A DNA stretch of 64,000 nt from NCBI RefSeq assembly GCF_006345805.1, contig NC_042999.1:34348001-34412000 (forward strand), given 5' to 3'. Below, one piece after another: positions 10,774 through 22,097 of this stretch (position 1 is the first letter of the stretch; every line of letters starts with the position of its first letter). This stretch comes from Octopus sinensis (Eukaryota). Both the position numbers and the translations under genes were made by a program. Below the pieces are notes generated by a model. That model made no database searches and was not told the DNA's origin. It saw nothing but the letters and a program-made list of their open reading frames with translations.

Positions 10774-12340
10774 AGAAAACTTGAAAGGGGTACAATGAAC
10801 TTGCCGTGAGGTGTGGAATATTCATCGTTCCGGATTCACTCGTTCGGGGGCAGAGAAAAAAGAGAAGAAAACTGAAAAAAAAGTCAAAGTTTACATCCTC
10901 TAAGCTTGAAAAACTGGCTGCAACTGAATAAGGCGGCTTACTGACGTAAAACAGAAGTTATAGGAGAGATCGTGCAGAAAGAAGGGAAAGGGTGATAGAG
11001 AGATGTAATTTATTTATTTATCACCTTTCACCCAGGCGTCGAATTCACCCACACCATATATGATACTCCTGTTGCTTTCTAGACATCTCTGTCAAAATAC
11101 ACAATACCCACCTCTCCATCTCTGTCTAGTATGAACCTACTAACACCCATCCCTACCTCCACTACTCCTCTCACCCCAGACACATTAAATCTGCCATACC
11201 TTTCTCTCAATTCCTTCGCCTTCGACGAATTTACTACATCGATTCGGATTTCTAGTCTCATTGCAAAACGATGCGACACTTTTTATTTAATTCGAGGTTA
11301 TCCTCCATCAGTTGTCGACCCGGCATTCCACCGATCCCGAGGCATAAACTGCAACGCAGCTCTCCTACCATCTTCACGCACTTCCACTGACCGTATTCCA
11401 GTCTCTCTCACCTACCACCCGCCCGTCCTCCATCTAAATCACAAATTCATCCACAACTTTCGCATACTTCTTTCTGATCCAACAACCGCCCCTTTCTTTT
11501 CCACACCGCCTCTCCTGGCTTTTAAAAAAGATAGGAGTCTTAGAAATCTCCTTGTTAGAAGCTTCATAGGTCTCAGCTCCGCAAAACTAGGAACCTTTAA
11601 ATGTGCTCACCGACGATGTAACACATTCCCCTACATCAACAATGTAACCACAATCATGGGACCAAAGAAGTAATACCACAAAACACGCCACTTCTGTTGG
11701 ACTTCGGCAAATTTCATATATTGCATCATATGCAAACACTGCGGTGCTCTTTACATTGGAGAAACAGGGCGATGCCTTGGGGATCGCTTTCGCGAACACA
11801 TCAGAAGCATAATGCTACGCATGCCAGGCCAACCTGTCGCCATCCACATCAACATCGTCAATCATTCTATTGTAGATTTATCAGTGTGTGGCATGGCCTT
11901 GCCCCACGGACACCCGTTCTGTAGGAAACGAAAGGTGCAACGTCTAATATTCGATCTTGGTAGTATGTGCAAAACAGGTATGAATGAATATTTTTCTTTT
12001 CATCCGTCCACTTCCTCTTCATTTGTTTTTACCCTTTTTATCCCTCCTTTCAGGCTATCTCTGCAACATTCCCGAATTTACTTACCTCTACACTCTCCAT
12101 CACCCTTTTCCGTTTCCTTTCTGCACGCCCTCTTCTATAACTTCTGTTTCACGTTAGCAACCCATGTTGCTTAGCGTTCATTATCAGTTGGAACCAGTTT
12201 TACAAGCTGAGAGGATGTACACTCTGTATGACATTCTTCCCTTTTTTTCTCTTTTCCCATGTCCCTGACGAAGGTTTGAATCCGAAACGTTGGCTATTCC
12301 ACACATCACGGCAGGTTCACAGTACCCCTTTCACTTTTCT
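10774..12340 (+). mobile_element. Penelope-like element (5'-truncated, GIY-YIG) with inverted terminal pLTR copy
   Basis: ORF 11131-11673 and following frames give RT thumb/linker (RIPVSLTYHP, KKDRSLRNLLVRS), CAHRRCNT and GIY-YIG (IYCIICKHCGALYIGETGRCLGDRFREH). 10774-11010 is a diverged reverse complement of ~12075-12340. Confidence 0.9.
12261..12294 (+). ncRNA. Minimal hammerhead motif in the PLE 3' pLTR
   Basis: CTGACGA(12265-71)-A-GG...CC-GAAAC-GTT-GG; canonical core, but stems I and II are short or mismatched. Confidence 0.65.
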
Positions 12341-12359
12341 CCCTCTCTTTCTCTCTCTT

Positions 12360-12370
12360 TCTCCCTCTCA

Positions 12371-12432
<62 letters not shown>

Positions 12433-12625
12433 GCATGCATGTATACATACATACGTACATACATACGTACATACATACATACATACATGCATGCATACGT
12501 ACATACATACATACATACATATATACATACGTACGTACATACATACATACTTACATACATACATACATACATGCATACATACATACATACATACATACAT
12601 ACATACATACATACATGCATACATA
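12360..12625. repeat. Compound (CT)n(TA)n(TACA)n microsatellite
   Basis: Direct reading. Confidence 0.95.
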
Positions 12626-13672
12626 CATATATCCGTCTGCGCGTCTCTCCCCGCTTTTGTATATGTGTGTGGTACAGTTTTCTTTGTCGGTTTCAAACGA
12701 AATATTGCTTGTATCATATAATTAAAACTGTGCTCGTTTTTACTGCACACAGTATACAACATTCGTTCGACCGCAACCAATGTCGCTGTATGGAATTGCT
12801 ATATCTAGAGTAATTAGTGTTAATGAGCCTTTATATTAATCTCCAGTGAAGCAGACTTCTCATTGCGCCATGTACATAGTTACTTATAAAGGGTATGACT
12901 AATATTGCACTTGGGCAACTTTAAATGAAGGACCAGAAATATATCGATTTTAGCAATGTTTTCTTAATTGGATTTAATTCAATGATATTCGCACTACATT
13001 TAGATTCTTGGATGTTATTAATTCGTTCTTCCGTTCTATCGGTTGTTTATTACACTTTCCAACTATTCTATCTTTAGCAGCGTAAACAAGTTATCACCGT
13101 GTAATTATCATCAAGTTTATTGCACTCGGATGTTCAGTATGAATGCTATTATGTTGACGTATCGTTATGTTTATGTTTGAAACCATTTTGCGCTACAATA
13201 TTTGCTGAATTGTATAACAAAATATCAATACTTTACCAGGATCTAATTTGTCACTGAGCAAGCGGATATATTTTATCGGTATAAAATTGAGAAATTGAGA
13301 TCAAACGCACCACTACCTAGACAGGACACAACGTAATATATTAGCTCTTCACTAAATATTTTCCCTTCAATTGATATCCTTGGACCATTCCGTTTGGCTT
13401 TATGTGCATGTATAATTCTGAATGTATGTATGCATGTATGATTGTATATATATATATATATATTGAGGTGTAGGAAGAATGTTAGCTTGAAGCAAACCGT
13501 AGAAACTAGAAAAAACTAGAAACTATTTTAAAAAAACTGCTTTCAGGAAAATCGTCATTTATTAAGTCGGGAGGTTGTTGGAGTTTTTTCTCTCTCAAAG
13601 TATGGTAAGCTGAAGAAAATTGTTTCATGCTTCACAGTAGGCACTCAGGGTTGCCAGGGTATGCGAATAAAG

Positions 13673-14044
13673 TACAAGAGTTTAGAAATGGAGTAGATAA
13701 TATCCGGGTCATATATGTTTCATAGCAAGAGGAACCTCGGAAGTGGCAAATATCTAAGCGAGGTATATACCGCAGGATACTCTTCAGGCGAAGGGTATCT
13801 TGATTAAATAAAGTTTGCATTGTCGTAAGGAGGTACGTGTCAACACTCGGACAATCGATCAGAATCGTCCGGGTGTTGGCATGTACCTCCTTACGAGAAT
13901 GTAAACTTTATTTAATCAAGATACCCTTAGACTGAACAGTAACCTGTGGTATTCACTACGTTTTGAAATTTACCACTTTCGAGGTTTCAGTCCCTACGAA
14001 ATATATAGCCTGGATATTATCAGCTCTATTCCTTAATACTTGTA
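13673..14044. repeat. Imperfect ~370-bp palindrome (MITE/fold-back-like)
   Basis: Inner arms 13792-13852 and 13867-13927 match at 56 of 61 positions; outer arms align at roughly 70% by eye. Confidence 0.9.
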
Positions 14045-14446
14045 TATATATATATATATATATACGTGTGTGTGTGTGTACGCGGAGTATCGGAAACAGG
14101 GACAACTGAGGAAGGGGAATGTTCCTTGTACTGTATATATATATACTGTATATATATATATATATATATGTAGATATAAAATACGTGACAACAAAAGAAT
14201 GAGACCGCGATATTAGGTAAATAAAGGATTATTTATATGGAAATTTTAAATCAAAGTTCAACAATCATACCTTAAGCATCAGACATTGGGATAAACGAAA
14301 AACTACCAAATTATCCAGTCATACATGGTTCTTAAAACAACAAGGTATTAGCTACAGGATTTACTGGAAAATATTGGCCAAGTGTAAAGCGTACACCAAC
14401 TGTATACATATACGTGTGATTATATATGCATGGAAGGATGGACAGG

Positions 14447-14514
<68 letters not shown>

Positions 14515-14849
14515 GTGTGTGTGTGTCTGTGTGTGTGTGTGTGTGTATGTGAATGTATATACGTTTTAAATGGTCACACGTATAAAAGATCATAGAGAGA
14601 ATGCTAGTTTTTAATATTACATATATTAGCACCCAATCATATATATTTTTAGTGTTGTTTAAAATAGACATGATTCCAAGAAAGAATACATTATTACAAT
14701 ATGTTTACTAAGGGAAATCTATGTACTGGTAACGTATATTTTTAGTGTTTATCACAGCTACCGACGAGGACAAATTTTCTGTTATGAATATCTGATTCTT
14801 TTTGTATGAAACAAATTGTATAGCAACATGAATAATAAAACCTATTGTC

Positions 14850-15106
14850 CAAAAATTTGGTGTATCTGCTCTAGTCCATAATTTATCTTCAAATTCAATA
14901 AATGTCTTCCTAGCTAGTAGCACAATATTGATTTCTTCTCTAGTTATGAGGGAGCGATTCATGGCAAATATTAGTGATTTGTTGAGTAAGATAGGGGAAA
15001 TGCTAGAGTAATAACTATTAATATCGAACTGAATAAAGGACAGACTACTAGTATTAGTTAGAGAGTTAAACCATTTTAGAACTTCGTCGGTACTTAGCCA
15101 TAGGTT
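14850..15106 (-). mobile_element. PLE reverse transcriptase fragment (Neptune-like)
   Basis: NLWLSTDEVLKWFNSLTNTSSLSFIQFDINSYYSSISPILLNKSLIFA...EINIVLLARKTF...LWTR matches the PLE RT motif (W..T..V..WF...FIQFDI..FYPSI...LL). Confidence 0.65.
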
Positions 15107-17011
15107 TAAGGGGAGAAGAGGGGTTATTTGGGGTAGAACAGTACTTAATTGGGAAATAGTTAGGAGAGCAATTCCGTATAAAAATAGTAGGGTTGGTTGT
15201 CAACTATGCTCCATGGAGACGTACGAAATTCTAAAGCATAGTAAACATGGAAACTTATTGAATAACCATATCGAACTAGGTCAAGTTTGTGTCCACGCTA
15301 AATTGAAGACTTTAAAATATTTTAAATGATTGGAATATTCGTAACTAGATAGATAGATATAACTTGATTTCTACTAGTATAGCACTGCTTTAAGTAGATA
15401 ACTAAGAGTTCTCACATTACAGTTATCTTTTTCCTTATATCTGCATCAGTTTTTTGAGAACAGGGAAATGAATAGTACTTATTCGCTACTTAATGAGGCT
15501 TTATTTAATTTCAAACTCACAATTTTTAAATTCTTAATTTTAAATCTTAATTGTAATATTTAATTTTAATCCCTAACTTAATCTAATTTAAGTAGCATAA
15601 CTCTAATAAATTATAATGAGTTACTGTAGCCCCATAATTCTATTTCAAAATTAAATAAATAAGGCTATTCCCTCGGTGATAATATGATTATCTTCATTAT
15701 GATAGACAATCCCCTAACACCTTGTAAATGATCTTATAAGATTTGACCTGTAGTCAGTCAATGTATGAATAATAACGACAACTCCTTAAGACAATAAAAT
15801 GAATAAATTAAATAAGTAAATTTTTAATGACTTTTTGATAAGATTATACTTAGATTTTCCTAATGTATTTTCTGATGATTTTAGCATCTGACCCCTTAAC
15901 CCCTGACTGTGTTATCTCTTTAGATTCTCTTTAAACTCATAGCTGATTTCAACAGCAATAAATTAACGGTTTACTGGTCAAAGAATAACATTCTCCTCTA
16001 GTTCCTAGATGCCTGTTGATTAAAACCAGACTTGCAGTCTACTAACTCTTCTGTATAACTAGAACCCTCTTTTTTTCTTTTCTTTTTTTCCCTTCTTTCC
16101 CTATTTCTTTCTCTTTTCTCTTTTTTCTTTTTCTTCTTCTTATTCTCTGTTTCCTTTTCTCTTCTCTTTTAGTCCCCCTTCCCCCCCCCTTTTTGCTCCC
16201 TCCTCCATTATTTTCTCTCTTTTCTTCTATTCCCTTCTCTATTCTTGGCCGCTCTAGAAAGCCCTTCAGCCTTAAGAGTTAAATAGCTACAGCCTCTTGT
16301 GAATAGCAGTAATGTGATTAATATGGCAAATACCTAATCATATAACAAGGATTGATACCTACCTCATTGTGTTCAACCATTGAAAAATTTATCGCCTGTG
16401 AATATGAAATTCATCTCCATTTCTCTGGAAATTTACATCTACACCATTGGAATTTGTGCATCTATACAAAGGATTAATTCACCTCTCTGTAATGCTAATA
16501 AGCAGGAATTGAGACCCACCTCGTTGTAATTAACAATGGATAAATTTGTCTTCTGTGAGTATATAATCCCTCATCATATCTATGGAAATTCATATGGATT
16601 AGGTCACCTTCTCTGTGATGCTATCAAAACTTTTTTAAAATTCTGTGATTAGACTGTTCATCATCTTTAAAGAACTTTAATGAACTTTAGAAATCTGTTT
16701 ATGTTAATTAATTATCTACATTACTTCATGAGTATAGCCTCAAACACTAGGATGTCTAGAGAACTCACATGTATTTTAGCTGATGAGTACGGGACTCGTT
16801 TATATGCTGTAATCTTTGCAACTTTTAATAAAACCTGTCCTTGTATGAAACGATCGTACTAAAAACCTATCCATTCTTGTTGCTTCTTTCTCGCTTATAA
16901 TCACCCCACATTACTGTATTGTTAAATCAGTATGGTTTTTTTTGGTGCATCTAAGTTAGGTACCATATTCAAGTAAATTCATTTAAATTAACTTGAATCT
17001 TTATTGCTCTT

Positions 17012-17068
<57 letters not shown>

Positions 17069-17119
17069 ATGTAGGTATGTATATATTTGTATATACATGT
17101 ATGCATACACACACACACA

Positions 17120-17169
<50 letters not shown>

Positions 17170-17839
17170 ATGTATATGTATATCTATATGTATATACATG
17201 TATATATAAGAACTAATTTAGATTCGGTAGAATTGGGTACTTATGGTGAAGCAACTAGTCAGTCCAGTACTACCCGTCTATTCTTAGCTATAACAGCGAC
17301 AGCATGAATTTGGAACATTATATTAATGTGTTCGACTGGTTAAAATTTTATTTATTTATCTGAGCAGCTGAAGACGGCACTGCATTTAAATTGGTCTGTT
17401 GTTTACATTGTTTAATTGAATAGAGTCGCTTGAAACGGTCGTACTGAATTACTACTTGATATCCTGTTGCTTATTTTGATATATATATACATATGCATAT
17501 ACGTGTGTGTGCGCGCGCGGCGTGTGAAAATAAAATATAGCAACATTTTATAATTATTATAGTACTCGAAACACCAATTAATATAATGAGAAGCTTTTAC
17601 AGTTTCTTTTAGATAATTTATAACATCATTCATTATTATTTACGAATATATTAATGGCCAGATATTCCGTCAAAAAATTTAAGGAAGGAAGTCTGTATAT
17701 TTATGTACAAATCATAATTATAACGGAAGGTTTTTCAGGAACACATACATGTCTAGAAATAGCAGTCAAAACCGCTGTAAACCACTATAACCCCTCATAT
17801 ATCATCTCTTCACAATATTAACACGATATTTTTACATGC

Positions 17840-17897
<58 letters not shown>

Positions 17898-18339
17898 GTG
17901 TGTGTGTGTGTATATGTGCATGTATGTATGTGAAACACGCATTGAGTCGAAACAGGGAGAGCTGAAGAAGGGGAATGCTCCTTGTATTGTTTGTTTTGTA
18001 CTCTGTTTTTTCGTTGTTAAAAAAAGTCCGTTTCCTTGCTTTTATTTTGTTTTCGTTTCTCGTTGTGATCTACGTTTATTTGTGGTGTCCTGTACTCATA
18101 TATGCATGTATATATACATATAGATGTAGGCATGTACATATATGTATGTATGCATATGTTTTATTTACTAAATTATTATATAAAAAACTTAGATAAAAAC
18201 TTAGATATGTTTCGACCAGAGATTGGTCCAGGCCATGTCTAACTTAATAGCACCACCTGATAGGATTATTCGAATCCTGTTTAAGTCAAGTTTTGTTCAA
18301 GTAGTGAGTTCTTGTTGGGTGAGTTGTATCCAGTTTTGT

Positions 18340-20224
18340 TCAAGTTGAGTTCTTGTTGGGTGAGTTGTATCCAATTATGGGTGGCTTGTCTGGTATTCTT
18401 TGAAGGAATCTATCCAGACTCTGTTTGAAGTTGATGGGATCCTTTTCCTCTTTGATCTCCCTCGGGACAATGTTAAATAGGGCAGGGCCTGTTGAGGAAA
18501 AGAAATTATGTTGCAGTGTACATGTATGTTGTGATCTTGAATTTGGCAGGGGACGTATAGCCCGTGGTCCAAGTCTCGGATGAACCTTGAAGCTAATGTT
18601 TAGGTCGTTTGGGCAAAGTTGGCGGTATATTTTCCACATCGTACAAATGATGTACCGCTCACGGCGACGCTGGAGGGAGTAAAGTTTCAAGGCTTTAAGG
18701 CGATCCCAATAGTCGAGAGCAGCCATGCCTTCAATTTGTTTAGTGAGAGCCCTCTGGGGTGACTCAATTCTGGAGATGTTTTGTCTTGTGTGAGGAGACC
18801 ACAGTGGGCAGCAGTATTCAAGGTGTGGCCGTACAAAGGATGAAAAAAGTGGTATGATGACACCTTGTTCTCTGGACCGGAAAGTTCTTAAGATCCAGGA
18901 ACTCATCCTACGAGCTGTATCGACCTTCTTGTTGATGTGTGCGCTCCAACTGAGATCGTCATCAACAATTACACCCAGGTCTCTGATATTGTTAGAGGCT
19001 GTGAGCGGTTCCCCTGAAGGAAGAGAGTATGGTTGCTTTAGTGAGGAATTTCTTCCAAAATGCATCAGCTCAAATTTTCCCTCATTCAGTTGCATTTTGT
19101 TTCTGTCTGCCCATTGACTCACAGCATATAGGTCAGACTGGAGTTGAGTTCGGTCTGCTTCTTCATTGACGATTTGCTGGAGCTTAGTGTCATCAGCGAA
19201 TATTTTCACTTTGCAGTGATGTACGACACTGGAAAGGTCGTTTACATAAATTATGAAGAGTAGCGGACCCAAAACAGTTCCCTGGGGAACACCGCTGGTG
19301 ACTTTTGCTGGGTTTGAGTGGACTCCATCAACTACAACATGTTGTGTTCTATTCGCTAGGAAATACTGAATCCAGTGTAGAACTTTTCCACGGATTCCAA
19401 CATTTGCCAATTTTGAGAGTAGGATGTTATGGTCTACCCTGTCGAACGCTTTACTGAAGTCAAGGTATATGACGTCAGAGTTCGAACCTGTTCCCAAGGC
19501 TTTGAGTACATCTTCAATGTGGTGTAAGAGCTGTGTTAGACAGTCCCTGCCACAGCGAAAGCCATGTGATTTGAATTTAGGAGTTTGTGGTCTCCAGGAA
19601 GTCAGCTATCCTTGATCTTAACACTCTTTCAAACACTTTAATGATGTGGGAGGTGAGTGAGATTGGGCGATAGTTGACTGCGAGGGATCTGTTTCCCTGT
19701 TTGAAAACCGGGATGACCGACTGGGATAGAAACTTTTTCGGTATATAACCTGCGTCTAACGAGTTTCTCCAGAGGTTGGTCAGAGGGACTGCAAGTTGAT
19801 ATCTACATTCCTTCAGGAGACTGGCGGGAAATCTATCAGGGCCTACAGCGGAGTAATGTTTGACCTCATTTATTGCTGCTACGATGTCGGTGGCAGTGAA
19901 GGTTATGTCTGCGATTTTGTGTTGGGAGTCAGCTTCGTTCGTTTCCCTCACAATAATATCAGTGGGAACACTGAAGACAGAGCAATATTGTTTCTGCAGT
20001 ATTTCTGCCATTTCTTTAGCATCGTGTTGGGGAATGCCGTTTTCATCAATCAATGGCCCAATAGGTGAGACAGTGGTTCTATGCTTATTTGCATAAGAAT
20101 AGAACACTTTTGGGTTCTGTTTGATGTTTTTGATTACCCATTGTTCCTCCACAGCTCTTTGATTTTCAATGGAGGTTTTCATGTTAGTCTGCAGATGAAG
20201 TTTTTCCAGCTCTAGTCTTTTCAT
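18340..20224 (-). pseudogene. LINE ORF2 reverse transcriptase (split across ORFs 19577-20224 and 18340-19497)
   Basis: NYRPISLTS, YLDFSKAFDRV, GVPQGTVLGPLLF, FADD, RDLGV, VRPHLEY, LYSLQRRRERY. Confidence 0.95.
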
Positions 20225-20559
20225 TGTTGTTGAATGTGGATGTTGCGTGTGGGAATATTTTAATTGGTTGATTTTTTTGTTGAGTCTTTTGATGCGCCTG
20301 ATGAGTGTTTTTTTCTTTTTAGGGAGCCGGTTTCTGTTTGTGTTAGTAGATTTCTTGGGAGCGTGTTTAGAGCATGTGTCGGTGACAATGGTTTCAAAGT
20401 GCTGCCACGCGGTCTCAATATGAGGGGAATTGAGAGTAAAAGACCAGTCGATGGAAGACAGATCCTTTCTGATTGTTCCCCAGTCCGCTTTGTGAAATTT
20501 ATGTTGTCAAATGGGTGCCATGGAGTGGGATTGGCTGGTTTGGTTTTTATACGTCGGGA

Positions 20560-21260
20560 ATTAAGATTGCAGAGTACCATGTCGTGGTCTGAGAGGAGAG
20601 TTTTTTCGACTGAAATGCTGTGAACGTAGCTAGAGTGATTGGTCCAGTACCAAGATCCAAGATCGTTTTATTCTGTCTCGTTGGTTCAAGCACTAGCTGA
20701 GTCAGGAAATACTCATCCATCAGATTAAGAGCAGTTCTGCTGCTGCCCTATCTGATGTAGAGCACTTGCCCAACTTCGAGTATTTGTGGGCCAGTTCACA
20801 TGAGGGAGGTTAAAATCACCCATCACTATTATGTTTCCGGAGTGGTACTTCCGAAGGAAGGACTTGACTTTGCTAAGGCACTCTTCAAAGTACTTTAGAG
20901 GTGCCTGTGGAGGCCTGTAAAGACCAACAATGGTTATGTCCTTGGCTTTGTTGTATACTGATACCGATTCACAGTAGCCATTGGAAAATGTGTCCTTGGC
21001 ATCAAGTGAAAAGGAGTCATGGATAAAGATGGCTGTCCCTCCCTTATTTCGGTCTGTGCGATCCGCACGAACAATGGTGAAATCTTTTATTTTCACCTCT
21101 GCGTCCATATGGGTGTTGTTCAGGTGAGTCTCGGTAAGGATAAAGAAAGGGAAGCAATGTGCCATTTCGGCAAGCCAACTCTCTATATATGGGATCTTCC
21201 ATTTTTGGGCAATAATTGATGGGTTGATGCCACGTACATTTAACAGGAATGTCGAGGTAA
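20560..21260 (-). pseudogene. LINE ORF2 apurinic-type endonuclease domain
   Basis: LLNVRG, LTETHL, RADR...GG, YRPP, GDFNLP, and LLSDH near 20580. Confidence 0.93.
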
Positions 21261-22097
21261 GGGAAGTTGGTAATGGGTGAGTGGTCCTTGTGATTTGCAT
21301 AGATGGTTGGTGATGGCTCGCTGGATCTCCTGGCTTAGGTCGGCCTTCATATTTTCCAGGTATGTCAGTAAAAAAGAGTTACTTGTTTGGTTTGCCACTT
21401 GGTCAGAGGATACATATTTCAAGTTGGCGTTATTTGGTGTTTTTTCCTGGTTCTGTCTACGTAGTTTGATTGTAGGAGGGGAAACGTGGTTGTATTTTGT
21501 TCTTGTTGTTGTCCTAGATTTCCTCTGTTCCTGTTCATATCTATTCTGTGATCGTTTTGTGCCCTTCAGATGGTGGTTGTTGCATTCTGGGTTCAGGCAC
21601 ATCCTTTGTGAGACAGAAGTTTGGCACAGTTTAGGATGGAATAAGGTGCATCCATTGCCTCTTATGCATCCGTATTTAGGGTCAGAACCATAGATTCTGT
21701 ATTTAGGACAGTATTTGGGGTGGAGGTGGGGGCAATTTTTTCCTGTTATACCGTATGGACAGGTGCCCATAGCAAGTCTACGACATAAGGTCGGGTGGGG
21801 AAAAGCACAGCGTCCATTTTGGTTTGTGCCGCTGGGGCCAAATCTACAAGTGCCTTTAGAATAGTAACGGCATGGGGTTTTATTTGGTTGTAGTAGTGGT
21901 TTTTCTATTTTGGCAGTAGTAGTAGTGGTGGTGGTGGTGGTGGTGTTAGAAGCAGCTTGTTGATTTTGTGATGGTGGGTTCTGGCTTGCCAGTATGTGGT
22001 CAAATCTGCAGCTGCCTTGAGAGTAGTAGTGGCAGATGGTTTTTCGCGGATGTAGTAGTGGTTTTCCTATTGTGGCAGTAGTGGGGAGTTGTAGCAC
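21240..22097 (-). CDS. LINE ORF1 C-terminal part with tandem CCCH-type zinc fingers
   Basis: CHYYSQGSCRFDH, CRYYSKGTC...CAFPH, CRRLAMGTC...CPHLH, CPKYRIYG...C...CTLFH, CQTSVSQRMCLNPECNNHH. Confidence 0.8.
   Translation of the reverse strand: MLQLPTTATIGKPLLHPRKTICHYYSQGSCRFDHILASQNPPSQNQQAASNTTTTTTTTTTAKIEKPLLQPNKTPCRYYSKGTCRFGPSGTNQNGRCAFPHPTLCRRLAMGTCPYGITGKNCPHLHPKYCPKYRIYGSDPKYGCIRGNGCTLFHPKLCQTSVSQRMCLNPECNNHHLKGTKRSQNRYEQEQRKSRTTTRTKYNHVSPPTIKLRRQNQEKTPNNANLKYVSSDQVANQTSNSFLLTYLENMKADLSQEIQRAITNHLCKSQGPLTHYQLPLPRHSC

Noticed and set aside
14075-14135. GAAAC...CTGAGGA/CTGAAGA motif (also at 17950-17985) as a type II hammerhead
   Set aside because: Only about 9 nt lie between GAAA and the core, too short for stems III and I. 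It is kept only as an unclassified dispersed repeat.
16775-16805. CTGATGAGTACGGGACTCG
   Set aside because: Canonical core start, but no GAAA after the hairpin.
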